From NCBI GenBank assembly GCA_043799385.1, contig JAZDNV010000020.1, positions 1 through 14,140 on the forward strand: 14,140 bases of DNA, read 5' to 3'. The DNA is from Candidatus Aenigmatarchaeota archaeon (GTDB lineage: Archaea; Aenigmatarchaeota; Aenigmatarchaeia; GW2011-AR5). Shown here piece by piece: positions 7,492 through 14,140 of this stretch (the first letter of the stretch is position 1; the number at the start of each line of letters is the position of its first letter). The position numbers were made by a program, and so were the translations under genes. The notes under the pieces were generated by a model. That model made no database searches. It saw only the letters and a program-made list of their open reading frames with translations, and was not told the origin of the DNA.

Positions 7492-8048
7492 TACTCTCTG
7501 ACCGCGACATAAAGGAATACATAAAATCCGGCAGATTAGTAGTCGAGGGGCTAAAAGACGAGAACATACAAGCGGCGTGGGTAGATTTAACGTTAGGCAA
7601 AGAATTCCGCGTCTTCAAGACTACGGCAAAGCCGTACATAGACGTCAAGGATCCGAGCGACCACACGGAAAAGCTAACTGTCGACGGCGATTTCATAATG
7701 CATCCAGGCGAGTTCGTACTCGGCCAGGTAAATGAAAAGATAAAAATTCCAGACGACCTTGCTGCGTACGTCGATGGCCGTTCGTCGCTGGGAAGGCTTG
7801 GATTGGTCGTTCATGTCACTTCCGGTTTCGTTGACCCAGGATTTTCGGGAAGATTGGTGCTAGAAATGACAAACGTCGGTAAGATGCCTATTGCAATCCA
7901 TCCGGACATGCGCATCTGCAAGCTAGTCTTCTTCAAATTATCCAGCAAAGCAGAAAAACCGTATTTCATGCACAAGGAAGCGAAGTACAAGGAGCAGAAC
8001 AACGTCATCGGCAGCAAGATAAGCGATGAGTTCAACCGCTTCAGCTGA
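7488..8048 (+). CDS. dcd: dCTP deaminase (possibly bifunctional dUMP-forming)
   Basis: Motifs MILSDRDI, IQ.A.VDLTLG, PGEFVLG, GRSSLGRLG..VH.TSGFVDPGF.G.LVLE and KY..Q; AGGTGA SD upstream. Confidence 0.93.
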   Translation: MILSDRDIKEYIKSGRLVVEGLKDENIQAAWVDLTLGKEFRVFKTTAKPYIDVKDPSDHTEKLTVDGDFIMHPGEFVLGQVNEKIKIPDDLAAYVDGRSSLGRLGLVVHVTSGFVDPGFSGRLVLEMTNVGKMPIAIHPDMRICKLVFFKLSSKAEKPYFMHKEAKYKEQNNVIGSKISDEFNRFS

Positions 8049-8085
8049 TTAATTTTTATAATTCTGAAAATCAACAGATGATTGT

Positions 8086-9030
8086 ATGATACCATCAACA
8101 ATTAAAGAAAAGGTTGCAGGAAAATGCAGCAACTGCAAAAACGCCGCGATAATCGAAATGAAGTACGTGGGCAAGCGTTTCTGCAAAAACTGTTTCATGG
8201 CCTTTTTCGAGAAGCGCGTCCGCGCAACGCTGGGTAAATCTAAATATCTCGATGATGCAAAGACAATCGCAGTAGCATTATCAGGCGGGAAGGACTCAAT
8301 AACTGCATTGCATCTTCTCAAAAACACTGCAAAGCGGACGAATATAATCACGATAACCATAGACGGCGGGATAAAGGGCTATGACGATCTGCTACAAAAA
8401 AACGCAAAGGCCGTGTGCAAAAGTTTAGGAGTAAAGCACTATGTTTATTCGTTCAAGAAAGAGTTCGGCTACACGCTTGACGACTTAGCAAAAACGCGGC
8501 CTGGCATGTGCAACTGCGGAATATTCAGGCGATACCTGCTAAACAAAAAAGCGCGAGAGCTAAAAGCAGACAAATTAGCAACTGGCCATAATCTCGACGA
8601 CGAAGTGGAAAGCATACTAATGAATTACATACGCGGCGACGTAGAAAAAATATCAAGGGGCGAAGGAATACTCAAGCACAAGAAATTCGTGCCAAGAATA
8701 AAGCCATTGAAGCGTTGCCCCGAGAACGAGGTAGCGCTATACGCACGATTGCTCTACCCGAAGATGAAATTCGGTTTAACGTGCAAATATCGAAAAGCGG
8801 TTTTGCGCTATAACATAAAGAAGCTCATAGACGAATTGGAAACGCTTCATCCAGGAACGAAATTCCAGATATTCGAAGGCAACGAGCGAATACGTTCTGC
8901 ATTACAGAAATCATCGAAGAGCGTTGGCGAGCCAAACCTGTGCAGGAAGTGCGGAGAGATATGCGCGAATGACGTTTGCCAGACCTGCAAATTCACCGTA
9001 AAGATACGCGAAGCGATGAAAAAGAAATAG
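8086..9030 (+). CDS. TtuA/Ncs6-family tRNA 2-thiolation PP-loop ATPase
   Basis: N-terminal CxxC..CxxC Zn finger, SGGKDS PP-loop, C.CG.FRR, ATGHNLDDE, RIKPL, TCKY and a C-terminal CRKCG...CQTC. TTTTTATAA at 8053-8061 is a TATA candidate. Confidence 0.87.
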   Translation: MIPSTIKEKVAGKCSNCKNAAIIEMKYVGKRFCKNCFMAFFEKRVRATLGKSKYLDDAKTIAVALSGGKDSITALHLLKNTAKRTNIITITIDGGIKGYDDLLQKNAKAVCKSLGVKHYVYSFKKEFGYTLDDLAKTRPGMCNCGIFRRYLLNKKARELKADKLATGHNLDDEVESILMNYIRGDVEKISRGEGILKHKKFVPRIKPLKRCPENEVALYARLLYPKMKFGLTCKYRKAVLRYNIKKLIDELETLHPGTKFQIFEGNERIRSALQKSSKSVGEPNLCRKCGEICANDVCQTCKFTVKIREAMKKK

Positions 9031-9033
9031 CAA

Positions 9034-9056
9034 TCGTTTATTCTAACCATAAACGA
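9034..9056. repeat. Perfect 8-bp inverted repeat with 7-nt spacer (TCGTTTAT-tctaacc-ATAAACGA)
   Basis: Read directly from the sequence. It begins 3 nt after the ttuA-like stop and lies just upstream of a TTTAAG TATA-like box (9059-9064). Confidence 0.6.
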
Positions 9057-9090
9057 GATTTAAGAATTTTTCGGAGATGATATTTTCATT

Positions 9091-9921
9091 ATGGCAGACC
9101 TAGGACTAGGCGACAGGGTAAAAATAGTTCAGATAATGGAAAACGGCAAAGAAACCGTTCCTAACACGTTTGTTGGAGAAGTCGGAATGCTGACCCAGGT
9201 TAATGGAAAATACGCAACTCTTGTAAAAGCAAACGGTACAACAACCGTAGCCCCATATAAGAGCCTTGTCATTGCCAGCAGGGAAGAGCAGGAATCATAC
9301 TTCAGCGGATTGAATGTAATGAAAGCATCGAAAGTCGAACCTCGTGAAACAAATAAATTAACAATCGAGCATCACGGCTTGAGAATTGTTGCAAAATATG
9401 GTGGCAAAGTCTATGAACCAGCCGGTTCTGGGTGCTACGGAAAGGACGAGATTGGCATCTACAAGTTCGACCTGCCAGAAAGGCTAAGAACCACGAATGG
9501 TATAAACCATCTCTGCCTTCTGTTCAACGGAGAAGATTACTATGCAGTAGGCCTGGCCAAGACTCCGAAAGATATTTTAGACCAAACATGGCGCGATGCA
9601 AAGGTAATAATGGGTTGGGAGAAGAATGATATTGGATTGGATGGCAATCTTGCTGAGATATTAAGAAAATTCCTGAAACAGGAGCAGCTAAAACCAGAGC
9701 TTTTGTCATCAGAGCTGTTCGGGTATACAGGAATCATAGAGCACAACGGCTTGATTAAAGCGTCTGATATGGAGGAGGCTGAACGCCTTAGAATAAGAAT
9801 CGAGATAGAAAGGGAATATATGAAGCGCATGGGCGTGGACGACCCGGGCAAACTAAACCACGAAGATTTCATCAAATACCGCGATGGTCTAGAAATACTC
9901 TTTGAAGAGAACGGCATCTAA
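9091..9921 (+). CDS. Hypothetical protein
   Basis: 276-aa ORF filling the gap, with protein-like composition. The N-terminal GDRVKI...VGEVG segment is SH3/KOW-like; no family recognised. Confidence 0.75.
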   Translation: MADLGLGDRVKIVQIMENGKETVPNTFVGEVGMLTQVNGKYATLVKANGTTTVAPYKSLVIASREEQESYFSGLNVMKASKVEPRETNKLTIEHHGLRIVAKYGGKVYEPAGSGCYGKDEIGIYKFDLPERLRTTNGINHLCLLFNGEDYYAVGLAKTPKDILDQTWRDAKVIMGWEKNDIGLDGNLAEILRKFLKQEQLKPELLSSELFGYTGIIEHNGLIKASDMEEAERLRIRIEIEREYMKRMGVDDPGKLNHEDFIKYRDGLEILFEENGI

Positions 9922-9933
9922 GTGTTGAGAGCC

Positions 9934-10239
9934 TCATATAGCCTTTTCATTTCTTACCTTCAGCATCATTCCGCAGCTGCATTTCTTTTTTTCATCTTTG
10001 TATAAAGGCGATTCTTTGCCGCATATTGGGCATTCAACCATATATTTTTTTGGAGCGTTCTCAATCCGCTCCAGTTTTTTATCGGCTCTTTGCTGCCATT
10101 CAGTATGTCTTCCAGTTGTCCTGCAATAGATGCACACGCCGTCTGAATCCAGGTTCATCTTTTGCGTGACAGCACCGCATTTTGTGCACTTGGAAAATTC
10201 CGAGCTCGGTGCGTTGTTGATTGAAAAATTTTCTGGCAT
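9934..10239 (-). CDS. Small double zinc-ribbon protein
   Basis: 101 aa with CTKC...CIYC and CPIC...CSC. On the minus strand it is preceded by CGAAAGGTTAAAT (BRE+TATA-like) and a GAGGGA purine tract. Confidence 0.7.
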   Translation of the reverse strand: MPENFSINNAPSSEFSKCTKCGAVTQKMNLDSDGVCIYCRTTGRHTEWQQRADKKLERIENAPKKYMVECPICGKESPLYKDEKKKCSCGMMLKVRNEKAI

Positions 10240-10272
10240 CTTATCCCTCTTTAATTATTACCCTAGAAACTC

Positions 10273-10285
10273 ATTTAACCTTTCG
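10273..10285 (-). promoter_or_regulatory. BRE/TATA-like promoter for the zinc-ribbon gene
   Basis: The minus strand reads CGAAAGGTTAAAT, ending about 34 nt upstream of the ATG at 10239. Confidence 0.45.
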
Positions 10286-10312
10286 TTTTTATTTCTGCAC
10301 CTCGTCGCAGTT

Positions 10313-11002
10313 TTATTCTATCTTATTTTTCTTTTTGATGTTACACTTAGCACAGAGTATTCTAACATTCTTTTCAGTAATAGAACTTCCTCCTTTTGAA
10401 AATGGTATATCATGATCATAATGTAGATTTATTTTCGAACCGCAAATAACACATTTACCCTTATCACGTTTCCATACCTTAATTTTCACATCTGTAGGAA
10501 TTAACCTGCTATGCTCTGATTCTTCACGTTCAGAAATTATCTTTATGTCATCGTTTCTAGGTTTTAGTATAAATTTGAATACCTTTCTTCCGTCAGATTC
10601 CTCTATTCTATAGTCTATTAGATCAAAGAACCCTTTTTCAGACCAAATTCCTGAGTTTAACTTTTCAAAAACAATTACCTTTTCTGGATCTGCGGTCTTC
10701 TTTTTGTAATTTTCAACTGCTCTTACAAACTTTCCGTTTTCTGTTAAAGTTTTATTATCTGTAAATAAAGGCTGATCTAATGACTTAGGATTTTTGATAC
10801 CTGCCTTTTTTGGTACATCATGACCTTCGTAAATTAATAGATTATTTTTGAAATCGATTTGATCAGCATAAGGAGCGTTGGGTCTAACTGACATCAGTAT
10901 CACTGAAAGACCCTTAAGAATTCTAAAGTTCATACCACGCTGTATTGTATTGAGATTTAGCTTATTGCACATCTCTCGATAAGATATTATCTCATCTTTC
11001 AT
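10313..11002 (-). CDS. HNH endonuclease with N-terminal SRA-like (PUA-superfamily) domain; candidate modification-dependent restriction enzyme
   Basis: The C-terminus VWKRDKGKCVICG...HYDHDIPFSKGGS....NVRILCAKCN is a clear McrA-type HNH. The N-terminal QRGMNFR..VILMS...PYAD....LIYEGHD....DQ...NGK resembles SRA-like readers, which is less certain. Confidence 0.8.
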   Translation of the reverse strand: MKDEIISYREMCNKLNLNTIQRGMNFRILKGLSVILMSVRPNAPYADQIDFKNNLLIYEGHDVPKKAGIKNPKSLDQPLFTDNKTLTENGKFVRAVENYKKKTADPEKVIVFEKLNSGIWSEKGFFDLIDYRIEESDGRKVFKFILKPRNDDIKIISEREESEHSRLIPTDVKIKVWKRDKGKCVICGSKINLHYDHDIPFSKGGSSITEKNVRILCAKCNIKKKNKIE

Positions 11003-12870
11003 TGTGGTTCCTTATTTTTCCCAATTTTGCTCTCAAAATGTTTTCTTGTATCGTCATCCATGAAATAAACATAGACTCCTTTATGGGCTCTAGATAACAA
11101 GACTCTGTAAATATTTTTTAGATGAGAAACGAAGTTCTTGTTGTTCCTTTTGGCTTCATTATCATAGGAATTTTCTGGTTTAGCTTCCCAATCGTTCTTC
11201 TCCTTATTCCATCCTAAATCCTTGCAGAAAATGACCCCAATGTAATCGAATTCAAATCCCTGTGCAGTGTATACTGTTCCGACTTGTTCCATGCCACTGT
11301 CATCAGTAGCCCATTTCCAGAACTGGTCTTTCTTCTCCCAAGGCATTTCAAAATCTCCTATCTTCACATTTTTAACCAAAGAACCGTCAGAATTAGGGTT
11401 GCTCCAAGGCCAACAATAACTAGCAACTATTCTTGCGCAATTTTTCTTTTCTCTGTTCCTTTCATCTATTATTTTTTTGAGTTCACGGGGAGAATCGACT
11501 ATTTTAAACTCCATTTTGTTATCTTCTTCTATTTCGATTTCTTTTCCTTCGTCTTTTATTTTTAGAACACTCTCGATCCAATCAAGATATTTCGCAGACC
11601 CGCCACACCTAAACTGCGTTTTTAGTTCATCCATCTCATAAACTTCTGCACCAAATTTTGAGGCGGATTCTTTGATTAAGCTAACACTGCCTATTTCATT
11701 TGGTCTAACGACCTGTTTTTCATCTATAAAGAAAACAGACAATTTTGCGGCTTTTATCAACTCATCTATCTGTGGTTGGTCTGTTTTCATGCTTCTAGGC
11801 GTCCATCTACTTTCGCTTGTTTTTCTTATCCTATGCGCCTCGTCGCAAATAAGGACATCTATACCATTTTCTTCATGACTCATGAAACTATTGAAAAACT
11901 TGAATTGCTTTGATGACCTAACACCGAGTATCTTCCTTAGGGTGTTGGTGAATGCAGAAGAACCTGTAGCATGGACCACGTTCTTTCCGCTCCTTAACAG
12001 CTCACCCATGACTTCTAGAGCAATAACAGATTTTCCAGTTCCTGGACCTCCTTTGACAATTATCACTGATTTTTCCTTTGTTTTTGCAATCTTCTTTGCT
12101 TTGCTCATGATAGTATTATATGCCGTTTGCTGTTCCTCAATTAAATGGAATATCTGCTGACTATTAATCATATCGCCTGTATGGTCCAATAATTTTTTAG
12201 AAGGTCTTAATATACTGAGGTTAAATCTCTCTAATACCTCTGATCCTTTACCTTTACTTAATTTTTCTTTCAAGTAATTTCCTAAATTAACAACATCCTG
12301 TTTTGAGAAAAGCGGATATTCCTTAATATTTTTACTAAATTTGGGCAGATAGAGCACTTCATTAACTCCATTACTATAATTATGGCAATAAACGCAGGCA
12401 CTCAAAACGGCAGGCTTATCCTCATCGAATATAGTCATATAGTCCCTAAGATGCCAATAATAGCCTTCTACTTGTAAGGATGGGTGTGGGTCAATTTTTT
12501 TAAAACGACCATAATCAACTATTACGTTTCCTTCGTCTTCTGAATCTTTAACATTATTATTTGACCATTGCTTTAGTTCAACGATTATGATATTATCGGT
12601 GTCTTTCTTATCTCTTCCAAATAAGACAACGTCAATTCTACTATTTTTTGCGAATGGTAATTCGTATTCAATAATTATTTCATTTTCTAACAAGTTAGAC
12701 ATATCTAAAACGTCCTTCAGTTTTGGTAAAGAATTATTCCAGGATCTGACTTCTGATTCATTTGCATTTCTATTGTAATATTCTTCAAAATTTTTTGCTA
12801 TTACATCTGCAATCCTGTTATTAATTACGTCTTCTTTGAAATCTGCAACTGTCCCTTCGTATAATCTCAT
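10999..12870 (-). CDS. DUF2075 (Schlafen group-3-like) SF1 helicase/ATPase with N-terminal PD-(D/E)xK-like nuclease domain
   Basis: Walker A GGPGTGKS, Walker B ICDEAHR, FFIDEKQ, QFRC, VYTAQGFEFDYIGV and YRVLLSRA; N-terminal EYELP..RIDVVL...IIVELKQW. ATGA overlap with the HNH gene. Confidence 0.85.
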   Translation of the reverse strand: MRLYEGTVADFKEDVINNRIADVIAKNFEEYYNRNANESEVRSWNNSLPKLKDVLDMSNLLENEIIIEYELPFAKNSRIDVVLFGRDKKDTDNIIIVELKQWSNNNVKDSEDEGNVIVDYGRFKKIDPHPSLQVEGYYWHLRDYMTIFDEDKPAVLSACVYCHNYSNGVNEVLYLPKFSKNIKEYPLFSKQDVVNLGNYLKEKLSKGKGSEVLERFNLSILRPSKKLLDHTGDMINSQQIFHLIEEQQTAYNTIMSKAKKIAKTKEKSVIIVKGGPGTGKSVIALEVMGELLRSGKNVVHATGSSAFTNTLRKILGVRSSKQFKFFNSFMSHEENGIDVLICDEAHRIRKTSESRWTPRSMKTDQPQIDELIKAAKLSVFFIDEKQVVRPNEIGSVSLIKESASKFGAEVYEMDELKTQFRCGGSAKYLDWIESVLKIKDEGKEIEIEEDNKMEFKIVDSPRELKKIIDERNREKKNCARIVASYCWPWSNPNSDGSLVKNVKIGDFEMPWEKKDQFWKWATDDSGMEQVGTVYTAQGFEFDYIGVIFCKDLGWNKEKNDWEAKPENSYDNEAKRNNKNFVSHLKNIYRVLLSRAHKGVYVYFMDDDTRKHFESKIGKNKEPQ

Positions 12871-12872
12871 AA

Positions 12873-13226
12873 TTATAAGTCAACGTACTTTTTTGCAGTG
12901 CCCTTAGACTTGTTTACAGGGTACTTTATTTCATTTTTCTTCAGCTTCTTCTCTGAAGCTTCTATTAAATCTATTCCCATCTCATCAGATAATTCTAATA
13001 AATATATGAAAATATCTGCTAGTTCTTCTCCAATTTCTTCCTTTTTCTCTATTGCTGCTTTTCTAATCTCTTCTGGACTCTTCCACTGAAAATGTTCCAA
13101 AAGTTCGCTGGCCTCAAGGACTATAGAAATCGCCATATCCTTATGATTATGAAACTGCTTCCAGTCCCTTTCATCGCGGAATTTCTTTATTTTCTCCAGA
13201 AGGTCTTCTAACTCCTTGTTCGCCAT
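12873..13226 (-). CDS. MazG-like nucleotide pyrophosphohydrolase (DCTPP1/RS21-C6-like)
   Basis: Motifs FRDERDWKQFH..KD.A.S...EASELLEHFQW, EELADIFIYL and K...NE.KYPV..SKG..KKY. Ends 2 nt before the DUF2075 start. Confidence 0.9.
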   Translation of the reverse strand: MANKELEDLLEKIKKFRDERDWKQFHNHKDMAISIVLEASELLEHFQWKSPEEIRKAAIEKKEEIGEELADIFIYLLELSDEMGIDLIEASEKKLKKNEIKYPVNKSKGTAKKYVDL

Positions 13227-13385
13227 TTAAAAACTTCTTCTTCCAACCCTTAAAAACCTATAATTTTACGGATGATGAGAGAGTTAAATGAGTTGGGTTC
13301 TATACACGTTATTGCTCAAGATAATTTGCGTAGGTTTGAATATCGGGTATGATATCTTTTAAAGATTCTGACTAATTTTATAAAT

Positions 13386-14140
13386 ATGAAAAAATTCACT
13401 AAGAAACAGCCGATTACTATGCTAAAAGATGGTGATCGTATCGATGATATTTTTGTTGTTAAAATAAAGAAGGGCGTAGCTCAATATACAAATGGCTATT
13501 CTTTTGGTCTTCTATTAACAGATTCTAGTGGAAAAAATGTAGATTATAAATTTTGGGGTAGTCATAACGAAGCAGATGTTAGAAGATTATATGAATCGAT
13601 TAAATCCGATTCCGTGGTTCATATAAAAGGGAAATTCTCATTCTATAAAGGAATGCCACAAATAACGACAAACGAACCTGATACAATTAAACCACTTGAA
13701 AAAGAAGAGTATGAAGTGGCGGATTTCATCAAGAAATCTAAAAAAGACATAAACCGTATGTATGATGACTTATTGGAAATTATAAAGACAATATCAGATA
13801 GTTCATTAAAAAAACTCCTTTCCTCTATTTTTGAGGACGCTTCAATAAAAGAAAAATTCAAAACGCATCCTGGAGCAATTGAGATACACCATAACTGGAC
13901 TGGTGGTTTGATTCAACACATGCTTGAAGTTGTTGAATATTGTGAAATAAGTGCCAAGGCTTATCCAACAATAAATAGGGATTTACTTATAACAGGAGCA
14001 CTGCTACATGATATAGGTAAATTGGACGAACTTGAGGTTACTGCTAGAATTAAGGCTAGTAAAAAAGGGCAGATGATTGGACATATTGTTCTTGGATCTA
14101 TATTTGTAGCAAATAAAATGGATGAGTTAGGAATTGACAT
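13386..14140 (+). CDS. YhaM/Cbf1-family 3'-5' exonuclease (OB-fold + HD domain), 3'-truncated by the window edge
   Basis: Absent from the ORF track because there is no stop in the window. Manual translation from ATG 13386 is open to the end: MKKFTKKQPITMLKDGDRIDDIFVVK...LLTDSSG...KFW...HPGAIEIHHNWTGGLIQHMLEV...NRDLLITGALLHDIGKLDE...GQMIGHIVLG. TTTAAA at 13358-13363 is a TATA candidate. Confidence 0.88.
   Translation, partial: MKKFTKKQPITMLKDGDRIDDIFVVKIKKGVAQYTNGYSFGLLLTDSSGKNVDYKFWGSHNEADVRRLYESIKSDSVVHIKGKFSFYKGMPQITTNEPDTIKPLEKEEYEVADFIKKSKKDINRMYDDLLEIIKTISDSSLKKLLSSIFEDASIKEKFKTHPGAIEIHHNWTGGLIQHMLEVVEYCEISAKAYPTINRDLLITGALLHDIGKLDELEVTARIKASKKGQMIGHIVLGSIFVANKMDELGID

Larger units (their letters stand above)
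10240..14140. other. AT-rich accessory/defence island
   Basis: By eye, GC falls to roughly 30% (line 10321 has about 16/60 G+C) from roughly 45-55% in the core genes, and CG dinucleotides become scarce. The cargo is nucleases, a helicase and an NTP pyrophosphatase. No integrase or transposase is visible in the window. Confidence 0.65.

Noticed and set aside
10295..10310. CTGC-N8-GCAG hairpin after the HNH stop as a terminator
   Set aside because: The stem is only 4 bp, and there is no U-tract on the coding (minus) strand.
13272..13352. 26-codon ORF MMRELNELGSIHVIAQDNLRRFEYRV in the mazG/yhaM spacer
   Set aside because: Too short, with no recognisable motif. It could be a gene remnant, but this cannot be supported from the sequence.
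19..13861. Numerous short antisense or alternate-frame ORFs in the track (e.g. 246..608, 4654..5037, 6361..6618, 8049..8360, 9540..9917, 13643..13861)
   Set aside because: They overlap well-supported genes and have no recognisable motifs, so they are treated as shadow ORFs.
1..14140. tRNA, rRNA, integrase or transposase
   Set aside because: None recognised. Intergenic spaces are short and AT-rich with no cloverleaf-like sequence, and no recombinase motifs were seen.

Overview
Archaeal genomic window. The evidence is CarS, an archaeal-type ThyA, an MtrA-like protein, GGTGA Shine-Dalgarno motifs, and TATA-like boxes about 25-30 nt upstream of starts. The compact layout and family content suggest a DPANN-like lineage, which is inference only. 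From left to right: (1) carS and a PHP phosphoesterase on the minus strand; (2) three tandem paralogous lipobox-bearing Ig-like surface proteins, the last ending in a 15-Cys (CP[T/S]GCG[T/S]x)6 tail; (3) an EndoQ-family PHP/Zn-ribbon nuclease transcribed divergently from a pyrimidine cluster made of a soluble MtrA-like corrinoid domain fused to a DUF4346-like domain, an atypical thymidylate synthase, a SemiSWEET-like transporter and dCTP deaminase; (4) a TtuA/Ncs6-family tRNA thiolase; (5) two unassigned ORFs; (6) an AT-rich island with a MazG-like pyrophosphatase / DUF2075 nuclease-helicase / SRA-like-HNH operon and a divergent YhaM-family OB-HD nuclease that runs off the window. The two best candidates for poorly described systems are the MtrA-DUF4346/ThyA module (possible cobamide-linked dTMP synthesis) and the MazG-DUF2075-SRA/HNH cassette (possible modification-dependent antiviral defence). 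All family calls come from motif recognition by eye; no searches were run.
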